From Anaerolineae bacterium (GTDB lineage: Bacteria; Chloroflexota; Anaerolineae; UBA2200), in assembly GCA_041549915.1 (NCBI GenBank), contig JBFEPU010000001.1:1138-65137 (forward strand): a stretch of 64,000 bases of DNA. Direction: 5' to 3'. Every line of letters begins with the position of its first letter. The stretch's first letter is position 1. The position numbers and the translations under genes are program-made. The notes below the pieces were generated by a model. It worked only from the letters and a program-made list of their open reading frames with translations, searched no databases and was not told the origin of the DNA. Positions 39,652 to 50,827 of this stretch are shown piece by piece.

Positions 39652-40221
39652 CTATGCGGGTTGCACTGCCTGATATGCTTCGCGTGTAGCGGCAACGTTG
39701 TCTTCGGGTTTGGTGGGGACTGCCTCGCGGACCGCCTGCTCCACGGTCTCCAGGCTGACAATGCCAGTGATGCGAGCGAAGGCACCCAGAATGGCCGTAT
39801 TGACGATAGGAGCAGTGCGTGGCCCAAGCCGATGTTTGATCGCAATCTCATTGGCATCCACAGTGGCCACACGAAACTGGGAGGGCAGTGGGAAAGCAGC
39901 AGGCGGCTGGTCACTGTTGATCAGCACCCAGCCGCCTTCCTTGAGACCTGCGGTGACGTCCACGACCTGCATCAGGCTCGGGTCGAGCACCATCACGTGA
40001 TCAGGAGTATAAATCTGGCTTCGCAGACGCACTGGTTCATCGTCGATGCGCGTGAATGCAGCCACCGGCGCACCGCGGCGCTCCACTCCGAAAGCCGGGA
40101 AAGACTGAACGTAGCGACCCTCTCTGAACACGGCATCGGCCAGCACTTTGGAGGCAATCACTGCTCCCTGGCCACCGCGGCCATGAATCCGGACTTCGAT
40201 CACTGGCAACCCCCTTCCCAC
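39652..40221 (-). CDS. 2-oxoacid:ferredoxin oxidoreductase gamma subunit (PorG-like)
   Basis: IEVRIHGRGGQGAVIASKVLADA is the gamma-subunit signature. Confidence 0.8.
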   Translation of the reverse strand: MGRGLPVIEVRIHGRGGQGAVIASKVLADAVFREGRYVQSFPAFGVERRGAPVAAFTRIDDEPVRLRSQIYTPDHVMVLDPSLMQVVDVTAGLKEGGWVLINSDQPPAAFPLPSQFRVATVDANEIAIKHRLGPRTAPIVNTAILGAFARITGIVSLETVEQAVREAVPTKPEDNVAATREAYQAVQPA

Positions 40222-40378
40222 GCCGCTCTGTGTATCATATCATTCATTGCTTCCCCAACCTCCTTGTTGGAAGAGTCTTGCTGCCAAAGCCGCTGAGTGG
40301 AGCGGCCAGAGCTTGAGCACTGGCGCAGGAGCTGGCCATGTCCTTGGGTGATCTCCGTAGCCTAGGTGGTGGATGACC

Positions 40379-41281
40379 CTATGACGCCAGCAATACGCCC
40401 AGAGCCATGGATACCAGCTTGGTCTCGTGAGGATCTGAACGGGAAGCTACAATGAGCGGGCATTTGCCTCCCACCACCACACCGGCCATCTTGCCCTTGG
40501 CGAAATAGCTGATGGCCTTGGCCAGCATGTTGCCTGCCTCCACATCGGGAGTCACGAGGATATCGGCAGTCCCTGCAACCGGGCTCTCGATGCCCTTGAT
40601 GGCCGCCGACTCTGTTGATATGGCGTTATCCAGGGCTAGCGGACCATCGACGAGGCCACCCTGGATCTGCCTTCTGTCGGCCATCTTGGCCAGATTGGCT
40701 GCATCCATTGTGGTGGGGATCTTGGGATTGACCATTTCCGTTGCTGCAAGGACGGCCACCTTGGGTTCTGCAACACCCAGACGCTGCGCCACCAGGATCG
40801 CGTTCTGCACAATCTCCACCTTCTGCTCCAGAGTGGGTGCAACCACCACTCCCGAATCCGTTACGAACAGCAGATGGTCAAAGCCTGGAACTTCAAAGAC
40901 GGCAACGTGGGTGAATAGGCGCCCAACGCGCAGACCAGCCTCGCGATCGAGAGCAGCACGCAAGAAGCTCCCGGTCTCAACTTTGCCCTTCATCGCCAGG
41001 TCAGCGTGGCCCAACCGCAGCAGTTCCATGACCTTGCGAGCCGCAGCCATGGGCTCTGGCTCGTGGACGATCATCATTCTGTTTATGTCGATCTCGTGTT
41101 CCGCAGCTAGCTTCCTGATCAGATCCCGGTCGCCGACAAGAGTGGAGTCGGCGATACCCTGGCGCTCAGCATCTTGCATGGCTAGCAGTAGCTCCGGCTC
41201 ATGCGGCGCGGCTACGCTCACCATCCTGGGACCGACCTTCCTGGCCTCTTCCATCAGTTGTTCGAAGGTGGTAATCGCCAT
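40379..41281 (-). CDS. Phosphate acyltransferase of the PTA/PTB family (phosphate butyryltransferase-like)
   Basis: 300 aa with the PTA_PTB fold. Lies directly upstream of the POR operon on the same strand. Confidence 0.7.
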   Translation of the reverse strand: MAITTFEQLMEEARKVGPRMVSVAAPHEPELLLAMQDAERQGIADSTLVGDRDLIRKLAAEHEIDINRMMIVHEPEPMAAARKVMELLRLGHADLAMKGKVETGSFLRAALDREAGLRVGRLFTHVAVFEVPGFDHLLFVTDSGVVVAPTLEQKVEIVQNAILVAQRLGVAEPKVAVLAATEMVNPKIPTTMDAANLAKMADRRQIQGGLVDGPLALDNAISTESAAIKGIESPVAGTADILVTPDVEAGNMLAKAISYFAKGKMAGVVVGGKCPLIVASRSDPHETKLVSMALGVLLAS

Positions 41282-41348
41282 TCATCCTCCGCCTGCAGCA
41301 AGTCTCCCTGGCTTCCTGCCCCGCAGGATGCGTCATCAGGAGGCGCTG

Positions 41349-44264
41349 CTACTTGCGCTTCTTCCTCCGCTTGCGGCGTTTGGCCCGACCTTTGGACGCC
41401 GCCGTCCCCTCACCCTGTGCGACCGGCTGACCAGCACTTGCCTCTTTGCGCATACAGCAGTTCTTGTACTTACGACCGCTGCCACAGGGACACGGGTCGT
41501 TGCGACCTACACTACGGGAGGGTGACGCGCGCCTGGGCGCCGCCTGCTGTCCTGCTACACCGGGGCGGTAAGCCCGCATTGGCCGCCGCGCCGGTTCCCT
41601 TGCAAGAGTAGTGAAGTAGATTCTGTGGGCAACATCGTGAGCAATCGTTGCCTTCAGGTCGTCAAACATGTCAAAAGCTTCCCGCTTGTACTCGATCAGC
41701 GGATCCCGCTGGCCAAATGCACGCAAGCCAATTCCTTGTCGCAGTTCGTCCAGCGCAGTGAGATGTCTGACCCAGTGGGAGTCTACAATGTGCAGCATGA
41801 GCAGCCGCTCCAACTGCCGCGCCGACTCCGAACCCAGTTGCTGCTCCTTTAACGCGTATAGTTCCTCAGCCCGGTCCAGCAGCCACTGCTCGATCTGCTC
41901 CGCGACCATGCCGTCCCACTGGGGATGATAGTCCTGAGGTAGCGGCAAGATCGAACGAATGGACTGCTGCAGTCCGGCCAAATCCCACTCCACGGGATCA
42001 CCGGCAGTGTGCGCCGTGACGGCAAAGCTGAGCTCATCCTGAACCATCCTCAGGATCGTATCCCTAAGGCTATCAGAAGTGAGGATTAAGCGTCTCTGAT
42101 CATAGATGAGCCTACGCTGCTCATTGACCACATCGTCATACTCGAGCAAGTGCTTGCGCAGGTCAAAGTTGTAGCCTTCTACTTTGACCTGCGCATTCTC
42201 TATGGAACGACTGATCAAGTCATGCTCAATCGGTATGTCCTCTTCCACACCAAGGCGATCCATCAAGCCAGCCACGGTCGAACCGCCAAAGCGCCGCATC
42301 AGGTCATCTTCGAGTGATTCGTAGAACCGCGAGGACCCGGGGTCTCCCTGGCGACCCGAGCGACCACGGAGTTGGTTGTCAATGCGACGTGCCTCATGGC
42401 GTTCTGTGCCCGTCACGTGGAGACCCCCCAAACCCACGACTTGCTCCCTGTCGGCCGCGCACATGTCTCGGGCCTGGGCCAAGGTGTCTACCCAGGCTTC
42501 CTCCTCCACTTGAGCTAGATCCACACCCTGGCGTCGCAACTGGTCCCGCGCCAACCCCTCGGGATTGCCTCCGAGCAAGATATCCACGCCACGACCAGCC
42601 ATGTTGGTGGCGATGGTCACCGCGCCCGAGCGCCCAGCCTGGGCGATGATTAGCGCCTCCTTCTCATGATGCTTGGCATTGAGTACCTGGTGGGGGATAC
42701 CTTTACGACGCAGCATGCCGGAGAGCATCTCGGAATTCTCAACGGAGGTGGTGCCTACCAGCACAGGCCGCCCTTCACTATGCAACCCTTCGATCTCACG
42801 CACTACGGCAAGAAACTTGGCCGTCTCCGTCTTGTAAACCTGGTCGGGATGATCTGCCCGAATCATCGGTTTGTGAGTCGGGATCACCACGACGTCAAGG
42901 TTGTAGATGCGCTGGAATTCTTCGGCCTCGGTCGCTGCTGTGCCGGTCATACCAGACAGCTTGTTGTACATCCGGAAGTAGTTCTGGAAGGAAATCGTGG
43001 CCAAGGTCAGGCTTTCCCTCTGCACGCGCACGCCTTCCTTGGCCTCAATCGCCTGATGCAGGCCCTCCGAGTAGCGCCGACCGAACATCAGCCGGCCGGT
43101 AAACTCGTCGACGATGATTACCTGGCCATCCTTCACGATATAGTCACGGTCCGCCTTGAAGAGCACTTGGGCCTTCAGCGCATTCTCCAGGTAAGGGGTT
43201 AGCTCGTAATGGTCCGGCGAATAGATGTTGTCAATGCCAAGCAAGCCCTCTACCTTGGCCGTGCCATCCTCCGTGAGGGTTACGACCCGCGTCCTCTCCT
43301 CGACGGCATAGTCTGCCTCGGGACGAAGCTGACGCACAAGGTTGGCAAAACGTCCGTATTGCTCGGTCGACTCCTCCGCCGCCCCTGAGATAATCAAGGG
43401 GGTTCGCGCCTCATCGATGAGAATGTTGTCCACCTCGTCCACGATCGCATACTGCAGTTCGCGCTGCACGCACTGCGCAAGGTCCCACACCATGTTGTCA
43501 CGCAGATAGTCAAAGCCGAACTCGTTGTTGGTGCCATAGGTGATGTCGGCGAGGTAGGCTTCACGTCGGGGAACAGGCCGCAGGTTCTGGTAGCGATCAT
43601 CTGTGGCCGGATACTCGGGATCAAACACAAAGGAACCCAATTCCGGGTTCTGGGCGGCGGACTGGATAACGCCGACGCTTAGACCCAGCAGGTGGTAGAC
43701 GGGCCCCATCCACTGCACTCCGAACTTCGAGAGGTAGTCGTTGGGGGTTACCAGATGTGCACCGCGGCCAAGCAACGCGTTGAGCGTCAGCGGCAGGGTA
43801 GCCACAAGCGTCTTACCCTCGCCGGTCTTCATCTCCGCGATTCGGCCCTGGTGCAGAACGACGCCACCGAGGAGTTGCACGTCGTAGTGTCGCTCCGCGA
43901 GGGTGCGTTTTGCTGCCTCGCGCACCACAGCAAAGACACGCGTCAGGTATTCTTCGAGGATGCCCTCTTCCGTATCCCTCAGGCGCTCCGTCGCCTCTTG
44001 AAGCCTGACCCGAAGATCCAGCCGGCGATCGGCGTCGGGTTCTGCTGCTGCCTCGCGCTGCCGCCGTGTCACAATGGCCCTCTGCTCGGCCACAGCAGCC
44101 TCGATCTCCTGCCTGAAGGTAGCGATGGCCGCTCGCAATTCCGAGTCGGGAAGCGATTCGTATTGGGGTTCGAGGCCGTTTATCTCATCAACAATGGGCT
44201 GAAGCCTGTTCAACTCCTTGACATTGGCGTCACCCACGATCTTGCTAAGAATGCCCTTGAGCAT
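41349..44264 (-). CDS. secA: Preprotein translocase ATPase SecA, with a C-terminal Zn finger and a Lys/Arg-rich tail
   Basis: MLKGILSKIVGDANVKELNRL N-terminus, DEAD-like motor, and a CPCGSGRKYKNCC zinc-binding motif. Start at the ATG at 44264; the track ORF begins 56 aa earlier with junk. Confidence 0.9.
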   Translation of the reverse strand: MLKGILSKIVGDANVKELNRLQPIVDEINGLEPQYESLPDSELRAAIATFRQEIEAAVAEQRAIVTRRQREAAAEPDADRRLDLRVRLQEATERLRDTEEGILEEYLTRVFAVVREAAKRTLAERHYDVQLLGGVVLHQGRIAEMKTGEGKTLVATLPLTLNALLGRGAHLVTPNDYLSKFGVQWMGPVYHLLGLSVGVIQSAAQNPELGSFVFDPEYPATDDRYQNLRPVPRREAYLADITYGTNNEFGFDYLRDNMVWDLAQCVQRELQYAIVDEVDNILIDEARTPLIISGAAEESTEQYGRFANLVRQLRPEADYAVEERTRVVTLTEDGTAKVEGLLGIDNIYSPDHYELTPYLENALKAQVLFKADRDYIVKDGQVIIVDEFTGRLMFGRRYSEGLHQAIEAKEGVRVQRESLTLATISFQNYFRMYNKLSGMTGTAATEAEEFQRIYNLDVVVIPTHKPMIRADHPDQVYKTETAKFLAVVREIEGLHSEGRPVLVGTTSVENSEMLSGMLRRKGIPHQVLNAKHHEKEALIIAQAGRSGAVTIATNMAGRGVDILLGGNPEGLARDQLRRQGVDLAQVEEEAWVDTLAQARDMCAADREQVVGLGGLHVTGTERHEARRIDNQLRGRSGRQGDPGSSRFYESLEDDLMRRFGGSTVAGLMDRLGVEEDIPIEHDLISRSIENAQVKVEGYNFDLRKHLLEYDDVVNEQRRLIYDQRRLILTSDSLRDTILRMVQDELSFAVTAHTAGDPVEWDLAGLQQSIRSILPLPQDYHPQWDGMVAEQIEQWLLDRAEELYALKEQQLGSESARQLERLLMLHIVDSHWVRHLTALDELRQGIGLRAFGQRDPLIEYKREAFDMFDDLKATIAHDVAHRIYFTTLAREPARRPMRAYRPGVAGQQAAPRRASPSRSVGRNDPCPCGSGRKYKNCCMRKEASAGQPVAQGEGTAASKGRAKRRKRRKKRK

Positions 44265-44595
44265 AGAAACGATAAACCTCTGGTGAATTTTCGGCGCCTG
44301 GATTATACCATAGACAGGGCGGGAAAGGAAGGCGCTGCTCGGAGAACCCGCCCGGAGCCGACTGTTCGCCGCCAAGTGAATCCAGAAGAACTCATCTGAC
44401 TGGGGGCACGCTTCAGGGTTGGCAGCGGGCACCTTGGCGCCGGGGCCAAGCCCCAGAAAGTGTCTTCGTCACGTTGACCATCCGCTGCAAATGCAGCCAA
44501 TCACGGGGTAGCAGGTGACAGGCCGTGTCGAGGCGCGTGCCTGTGCTCCAGTGTGCCATAGCGGGGTTCGCCAAGCCCGAAGACGGGTGCCCTTC

Positions 44596-45603
44596 TCACG
44601 CCATGCTTGGCCGTGGCTGAGGAGGCCTGGTGATGCCACAGGCCCTGTCGAACTCCTCCAGTGTAGCGCCCACCGACCTACCATGATGAATGCTTTTGAC
44701 CACATCGCCCAGCAGTTCAGCCACCGAGAGGACAGTGATCTTCTTCAGCTGCTTCTCTGGCGGCAGCTGAATGGTATTTGTGACAACCAGTTCGCGGATC
44801 CTGCTCTCTTTGATCCGCTTCACTGCCGGCGGTGACAGAATAGCGTGGGTGGCACAGCACCAGATGCCGCGGACCTTGCGGTCCTCAAGCGCCTGCACAG
44901 CCTCCATCAACGTGCCTGCCGTGTCTACCTCATCATCGAATATCACCGCGTTCTTGCCGCGCACTTCACCGATTACATTCAACACCTCGGCGCGGCCTGG
45001 GCCAACACGGCGCTTTTCGATAATGGCCAGCGGAGCATTCAGCACTTCTGCAAAGTTCCGGGCTCGCTTGGCTGCACCCACATCAGGCGACACGACCACC
45101 ACATCCTCGAGACCCCTGTCGAGCATGTACTTTGACAAGATCGGAAAGGCGCTGATCTCATCCACGAAAATGCTGAAGAATCCTTGTATCTGCCCAGCGT
45201 GCAGGTCCATGAGCAGGACCCTATCAGCTCCAGCTACGCCAATCATGTCCGCAATCAGACGAGCGGTGATGGGCACGCGCGGCTGGTCCTTCTTGTCGGT
45301 GCGCCCGTAAGAGTAATGCGGTATGACCGCCGTGATGCGTCCAGCTGATGCCCGCTTCACAGCATCAATCATGATCAGCAATTCCATGATATTACGGTTG
45401 ACGGGAGAGGATGTGGGTTGGACGATAAACACGTCCTGCGACCGGACGCTACTAAGGAGCCGAACGAAGATGTTCTCGTTGGCATAGTCAATGATGTCTC
45501 GCCCAGTCAGGGGCGTCTCCAGATAGAGACTGATCTCACGCGCCAGTTCTTCATTTGCCGAGCCACTGATCAATGCCAACTCGCCGTAGATTGTGTAGGT
45601 CAC
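44596..45603 (-). CDS. prs: Ribose-phosphate pyrophosphokinase
   Basis: ELALISGSANEELAREI N-terminal region, and the PRPP-binding loop VVVSPDVGAAKRA...DDEVDTAGT. Confidence 0.85.
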   Translation of the reverse strand: MTYTIYGELALISGSANEELAREISLYLETPLTGRDIIDYANENIFVRLLSSVRSQDVFIVQPTSSPVNRNIMELLIMIDAVKRASAGRITAVIPHYSYGRTDKKDQPRVPITARLIADMIGVAGADRVLLMDLHAGQIQGFFSIFVDEISAFPILSKYMLDRGLEDVVVVSPDVGAAKRARNFAEVLNAPLAIIEKRRVGPGRAEVLNVIGEVRGKNAVIFDDEVDTAGTLMEAVQALEDRKVRGIWCCATHAILSPPAVKRIKESRIRELVVTNTIQLPPEKQLKKITVLSVAELLGDVVKSIHHGRSVGATLEEFDRACGITRPPQPRPSMA

Positions 45604-45613
45604 ATCTCCCCCC

Positions 45614-46141
45614 TCAGGCCCTCATGAACTCATCGCGTAGGATGCCCATAATCCACTCGTCCCGGTATCTTCCGTCGGTGAAGCTCGACTCGCGCAAGCG
45701 ACCCTCCAGCTGGAATCCACACTTCTCGTAGGAACGCTTCGCTCGCGGGTTGTCTTCGAACACCCTCAGGTACACCCGGTGCAGGTTCATCTGACGGAAG
45801 GCAAAGTCCAACAACGTCTTGATTGCCTCGGTTCCATAGCCGTTGTCCCAATAGTCCTTCTCGCCGATAACGATGCCCAGTTCTGCGTTGCGGTCCTTCC
45901 AGTTGACGTTTTCCAGCCCGACGTTCCCAATCAGTTTGCCATCCACGGTCTCGATGCCAAAGATGTGGCGCTGCTCATCCTGCAGATATCGCTCAAACCA
46001 GCGCTCCTCCTGCGCCTGCGACATCGGCAGATACAGCAGAAGATGCTTTATGACCTCCGGGTCATTGAACCAGCGCACAAAGGTGGGAATATCACTGCGC
46101 TCAATGGCACGCAGCCGAATTCGCTTCCCTGGAATCGTCAT
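45614..46141 (-). CDS. GNAT-family N-acetyltransferase (RimJ/RimL-like)
   Basis: RLRAIERSDIPTFVRWFNDPEV...VGLENVNWKDRNAELGIVIGEKDYWDNGYGTEAI. The start overlaps the upstream stop (ATGA). Confidence 0.65.
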   Translation of the reverse strand: MTIPGKRIRLRAIERSDIPTFVRWFNDPEVIKHLLLYLPMSQAQEERWFERYLQDEQRHIFGIETVDGKLIGNVGLENVNWKDRNAELGIVIGEKDYWDNGYGTEAIKTLLDFAFRQMNLHRVYLRVFEDNPRAKRSYEKCGFQLEGRLRESSFTDGRYRDEWIMGILRDEFMRA

Positions 46142-46770
46142 GCCGGCGCACCCCGGTACAAGTGGTTGTTGTGACACGTGTCGTTAAGCAAGGCGATGCG
46201 GGGGCGTATCCCTCCCAAGATCACAGCACTCAGTGAAGCATTGTCGAACAGCCAGGGCTGTCGCTTGCGGTAATCGAGCTGCAGTAGGCCTGCCAAATAG
46301 GCACCGAGCGTGCCCCCGTGGGCAACGACCGCAACAGTCGCCTCCCCTTCGTGAAGGGCGACAATATCGCCCATAGCCTCCAGGACACGCTCCTGAAAGG
46401 CCTCTGCCCCCTCTTCACCCGGAATGGGGACGCGCCACCGATCCTCGGCCCAGCCCCTCGCGATTTCGGGGTATTGCGCTTGTACCTCCTCCAGGGACAT
46501 CCCTGTGACAACGCCTGGATCATACTCCCTCAGACGCTCGTCGAGGTGGATGCTCAGGCCAAGGACGTCCGCGATTATCTCGGCAGTTTGACGAGCCCGG
46601 AGAAGCGAACTGGAATAGAGGGCGCAGGTGTCGTGTTCTTGCTGCAAACGCTTGGCCAGGGCTAGCGCCTGTGCTCGCCCAAGCTCGGTCAGGGGTTCAT
46701 CCTCGGGCCCCTGAATACGCCGCGCTGCATTGCCCTCCGATTGGCCGTGCCGTATCAATAGCAGCTGCAT
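46138..46770 (-). CDS. Histidine phosphatase family protein (phosphoglycerate-mutase fold; CobC/alpha-ribazole phosphatase-like by context)
   Basis: LIRHGQSEGN catalytic His motif and a C-terminal H in VVAHGGTL. Confidence 0.65.
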   Translation of the reverse strand: MQLLLIRHGQSEGNAARRIQGPEDEPLTELGRAQALALAKRLQQEHDTCALYSSSLLRARQTAEIIADVLGLSIHLDERLREYDPGVVTGMSLEEVQAQYPEIARGWAEDRWRVPIPGEEGAEAFQERVLEAMGDIVALHEGEATVAVVAHGGTLGAYLAGLLQLDYRKRQPWLFDNASLSAVILGGIRPRIALLNDTCHNNHLYRGAPA

Positions 46771-46784
46771 GCAAATCCAATCAC

Positions 46785-47846
46785 CTATTGTTGGTCCAAC
46801 GCAAGCCCTGCCTGGGCGATCAGCCTGTCGGCAGCAGAGTAGGGATCCTCCTGGCGGGCGACAACCCGCTCCACGGTGTCCTCCAAGCCCTGGCGTGGGA
46901 TCTGATGCAGCACGTGCTGCAGTAGAGTGTAGCGCACTATACGGCGCAGTTCCTCGGCGACCTGTTCGCGCTCTCGCTGCTCTTTCAGCCCGCTGGCGCG
47001 CTGGTATTCCCAGTGTGCATCAATGGCGGCGACGAGTTCCTTCACGCCGTCTTCCCGTATCGCGCACGTCTGGAGCACAGGTGGCCGCCAAGCCCCCAGT
47101 GCAGCAATGCCAGCGGTCGCCGGGCCTTCGACATGGACCAGCTTCCCGTGGTGCAACTCGGCGTGCGCCGAGTTCAGATCTAGCATCACTTGCAGTGCTG
47201 CCACCGTGTTCTCAGCACCCGGCAGATCCGACTTGTTGACAACGATGATGTCGGCCACTTCCAAGATGCCCGCCTTGATGGCTTGGATGTCATCCCCGGA
47301 GGCAGGCATCTGTAGCACGACAGTGGTATGTGCAGCGCGGGCGATATCCACCTCGTCTTGCCCCGCCCCCACAGTCTCCACGACGATCACCGGGTACCCA
47401 GCGGCGTCCAATACCCGCGCGGCATCCACTGTGGCCCGGGCCAACCCACCAAGACTGCCCCTGGTTGCCATGCTACGAATGAAGATGTGCGGATCTGTGG
47501 CCAAGTCTCTCATGCGGATGCGATCGCCGAGAATCGCACCCCCAGAAAATGGGCTGGTGGGGTCCACGGCCACAATGCCCACCGCCAGACCCTGCTGCCG
47601 GTAGACCTTGGCCATGGCATTCACAAGTGTGCTCTTGCCAGTACCAGGTGCACCTGTCACGCCCACTGTGTGTGCCTGGCCTGTGTGAGGATACAGCTGT
47701 GCAAGAGCCTGGCGCGCTTCACCGCTACCGCGCTCCATCAGACTGATCAATCTGGCGATGGCCCGGCGGTCTCCAGCCAGAGTGTGCATCACGAGTTCTG
47801 CGATGCCAGGAGACGATGGCTCGCTCCCGTGGGACGCCTCCGTCAA
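46785..47846 (-). CDS. meaB: Methylmalonyl-CoA mutase-associated G-protein chaperone (MeaB/ArgK)
   Basis: [19 protein letters not shown]-loop, [23 protein letters not shown] and VVNKSDL. Confidence 0.85.
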   Translation of the reverse strand: MTEASHGSEPSSPGIAELVMHTLAGDRRAIARLISLMERGSGEARQALAQLYPHTGQAHTVGVTGAPGTGKSTLVNAMAKVYRQQGLAVGIVAVDPTSPFSGGAILGDRIRMRDLATDPHIFIRSMATRGSLGGLARATVDAARVLDAAGYPVIVVETVGAGQDEVDIARAAHTTVVLQMPASGDDIQAIKAGILEVADIIVVNKSDLPGAENTVAALQVMLDLNSAHAELHHGKLVHVEGPATAGIAALGAWRPPVLQTCAIREDGVKELVAAIDAHWEYQRASGLKEQREREQVAEELRRIVRYTLLQHVLHQIPRQGLEDTVERVVARQEDPYSAADRLIAQAGLALDQQ

Positions 47847-48244
47847 TGCTCCGCGACCTCCCTCTGAACATCGCGCACAATGTCGTCCAATGGAGCGCCA
47901 GGGCCGTAGATGCCCTTCACTCCAATCTTGAGCAGCTCCGGAACATCCTCATCCGGTATGATGCCACCAACAAAGACCAGCACATCGCTCAGGCCATGAG
48001 AATGCAGCAGGTTGACAACCCGGGGAACGAGGGTCATGTGTGCCCCGGAGAGGATGCTGAGCCCGACCATATCTACATCTTCTTGCAGTGCTGCTTCGGC
48101 GATCATCTCTGGAGTCTGTCGCAAACCTGTATAGATGACCTCCATGCCGGCATCGCGCAGAGCGCGGGCTACGACCTTGGCCCCACGATCGTGGCCATCC
48201 AGACCTGGTTTGGCAATCAGCACCCTGATCTTGTCCTGTGCCAT
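47843..48244 (-). CDS. Methylmalonyl-CoA mutase, B12-binding small subunit
   Basis: 133 aa. [33 protein letters not shown] carries the DxHxxG cobalamin-binding motif. 4-nt overlap with meaB. Confidence 0.85.
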   Translation of the reverse strand: MAQDKIRVLIAKPGLDGHDRGAKVVARALRDAGMEVIYTGLRQTPEMIAEAALQEDVDMVGLSILSGAHMTLVPRVVNLLHSHGLSDVLVFVGGIIPDEDVPELLKIGVKGIYGPGAPLDDIVRDVQREVAEH

Positions 48245-48330
48245 GCACCCTCCCTAGACCCCGGATCCTCCGTCACATGATGCGCTGCAGAGCGCTCGCG
48301 ACGACATCACGCTGTGGTAGGGTCGGTTTG

Positions 48331-50010
48331 CTAGATAATTACAGGTTCCCGGTACTCGCCAAACACCTCGCGAAGAACGTCGCACACCTCACCTAGCGTA
48401 CCGTTGGCGCGAACCGCATCCAGGATGTACGGCATCAGGTTTTCCGTACCTTGTGCTGCAGCGCGCAACGCTTGCAGGCGTCGCTGTAGGAGCTCATTGT
48501 CGCGCTCACATCGGACGCGCGCCAGCCGCTCCCGCTGTCGGCGCTCTCCCTCGGGATCCATTCTCAGCAGCGGGATGGACAGTGGCTCATCCATCTCGTA
48601 CTCATTGACACCAACAACGACGCGACGATGATCATCGATCTCGCGTTGGTAGCGGTAGGCACTGGCGGCGATCTCACGTTGGAAGAACCCTTGTTCAAGA
48701 GCCGGCACCACGCCGCCCAAGGCGTCAATCTTGGCAAAGTACTGGTAAGCCTGTTCTTCCAGACGGTTGGTCAGCGACTCTAGGAAGTAGCTACCCGCCA
48801 GCGGATCAATTGAGTTGGTCACGCCACTTTCGTGCGCAATGACTTGCTGGGTGCGCAGAGCGATGCGCGCCGCCAGTTCCGACGGCAGGGCTAGCGCTTC
48901 GTCCATAGAGTTGGTGTGGAGGCTCTGCGTTCCACCGAGGACCGCAGCCAGGGCCTGGATCGTAGTGCGTACGATGTTGTTCTCGGGCTGCTGGGCGGTC
49001 AATGAGCACCCGGCTGTCTGGGTGTGGAAACGCAGCCACCAGGAACGGGGATTCCCAGCTTTGAAGCGCTCCTTCATCTCACGCGCCCAAATGCGCCGAG
49101 CTGCACGGTACTTGGCGATCTCCTCGAACAGGTCATTGTGGGCGTTGAAAAAGAAGGAGAGGCGTGGGGCAAAAGCGTCCACATCAAGCCCGCGATCCAC
49201 GGCCGCCTGCACGTAGGTTAGGCCATCTGCAAGGGTGAAGGCCAGCTCTTGTGCCGCAGTTGAACCTGCCTCGCGGATGTGGTAACCGCTGATAGAGATA
49301 GTGTTCCACTTTGGCAGGTGCTGGCTGCCGAACTCGAAGGTGTCCACTATGAGTCTCATGGACGGTTCAGGCGGCAGCAGCCACGACTTTTGCGCGATGT
49401 ATTCCTTGAGAATGTCATTCTGGATGGTGCCGCCCAGCGCGTCCATCGGGATGCCGCGCCTCTCAGCAGCTGCGATGTACATCGCCCAGATCACTGCGGC
49501 GGGTCCATTGATCGTCATTGAAGTCGTGATCCTGTCCACCGGGATGCCACTGAACAGCATCTCCATATCGGCAAGCGATGACACAGCCACGCCACACTTG
49601 CCAAACTCGCCCTCCGCTAGTGGGTGATCGGTGTCGTAGCCGTACAAGGTGGGGAAGTCAAAGGCTACGGAGAGACCGGTCTCACCGTGGGCCAACAGGT
49701 ACTTGTAGCGCTCATTGGTCTCTTCAGCGCTTCCGAACCCGGCAAACATGCGCATGGTCCACAGGCGGCCGCGGTACATCGTGGGGTGCACGCCACGCGT
49801 GAAGGGATACTGGCCTGGGAAGCCCAGATCTCGTTGATAGTCGAGACCAGCCACATCATCAGGGGTGAATAGTCGTTTCACGGGCTCGCCGGACGTAGTG
49901 ACAAACTCGGCGTATCTCTCAGGCCAGGCATCCAGGGCGCGGCGCAGCGTCGTGCGCTCCCACTCATCCATTGCCTCACGCATGGATTCAAGTTTACCTT
50001 GACTCTGCAT
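48331..50010 (-). CDS. Methylmalonyl-CoA mutase, large catalytic (TIM-barrel) subunit
   Basis: Catalytic-domain motifs throughout ([37 protein letters not shown]...). Start at the ATG at 50010 (MQSQGKL); the track ORF has a 58-aa Arg-rich extension. Confidence 0.85.
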   Translation of the reverse strand: MQSQGKLESMREAMDEWERTTLRRALDAWPERYAEFVTTSGEPVKRLFTPDDVAGLDYQRDLGFPGQYPFTRGVHPTMYRGRLWTMRMFAGFGSAEETNERYKYLLAHGETGLSVAFDFPTLYGYDTDHPLAEGEFGKCGVAVSSLADMEMLFSGIPVDRITTSMTINGPAAVIWAMYIAAAERRGIPMDALGGTIQNDILKEYIAQKSWLLPPEPSMRLIVDTFEFGSQHLPKWNTISISGYHIREAGSTAAQELAFTLADGLTYVQAAVDRGLDVDAFAPRLSFFFNAHNDLFEEIAKYRAARRIWAREMKERFKAGNPRSWWLRFHTQTAGCSLTAQQPENNIVRTTIQALAAVLGGTQSLHTNSMDEALALPSELAARIALRTQQVIAHESGVTNSIDPLAGSYFLESLTNRLEEQAYQYFAKIDALGGVVPALEQGFFQREIAASAYRYQREIDDHRRVVVGVNEYEMDEPLSIPLLRMDPEGERRQRERLARVRCERDNELLQRRLQALRAAAQGTENLMPYILDAVRANGTLGEVCDVLREVFGEYREPVII

Positions 50011-50143
50011 CCCGTCCCTCCATCCGGACATAGCGACCTTGAGAGCGCTGGGGAACGGCGTGTATCTGAGTGGACGTGATGCCCCCCCTCTCTTCAGCAA
50101 GACAAGGCGACGCGGAGACTTGCGTGAGCGGGGTCGCACTCTC

Positions 50144-50671
50144 TCAGTACTCGATGCCTCTCCTCGCCTTGACGCCCTTGTCATATGGGTGCTTGATGGA
50201 ACGCATTTCGGTCACAAGGTCGGCACGCTCTATGATCTGGGGATGAGCAGCCCGTCCCGTGAGCACCAGCTCAACATGCGGCGGCTTGGCGTCGAGCAAC
50301 GCCAAGACCTGATCCAGCGACAGCAGCCCATAATCCAGCGCGACGTTGATCTCGTCCAGGATAACCACATCATACTTCCCGGCGGTAAGGATGTCAAGGC
50401 CATGTTGCCACGCGGCTTGTGCCATTCGCACATCCCTGGGATCCGGACCCTCTCGCCTAGCAAACTCCGGACGCCCAAACTGCACGAGGGTGATGTTCGG
50501 CTGATGCTGCAGCGCCACCAGTTCGCCGTAGTGAGGCCAGCCCTTCATGAACTGGATAATGTAGACCCGCAGCCCCTCGCCCGAAGCGCGCACAGCCAGC
50601 CCCAAGGCGGCGGTCGTCTTGCCCTTGCCATCCCCTGTGTAGACCTCTATCAGGCCACAATCCAGTGTCAT
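50144..50671 (-). CDS. Cob(I)alamin adenosyltransferase (CobA/CobO/BtuR type)
   Basis: [37 protein letters not shown]. Start at the ATG at 50671. Confidence 0.8.
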   Translation of the reverse strand: MTLDCGLIEVYTGDGKGKTTAALGLAVRASGEGLRVYIIQFMKGWPHYGELVALQHQPNITLVQFGRPEFARREGPDPRDVRMAQAAWQHGLDILTAGKYDVVILDEINVALDYGLLSLDQVLALLDAKPPHVELVLTGRAAHPQIIERADLVTEMRSIKHPYDKGVKARRGIEY

Positions 50672-50827
50672 ACTCCCTCCTGGCGAAGCCAACGCAGACA
50701 CAGTGGTCGCAATGCGCCAACCCTGGCGAATGACGGCAAACAAACGGCGGCTGTCACAGCCGCCCCACAAAACGAATTCGATCCTCAACAGCGAAGCAGA
50801 GCATGTGCTCCGCAGCACACAATTCAC

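Noticed and set aside
40512-41525. 337-aa plus-strand ORF rich in Ser/Ala/Thr
   Set aside because: Antisense to the ptb gene. Its composition is classic for the reverse frame of a GC-rich gene.
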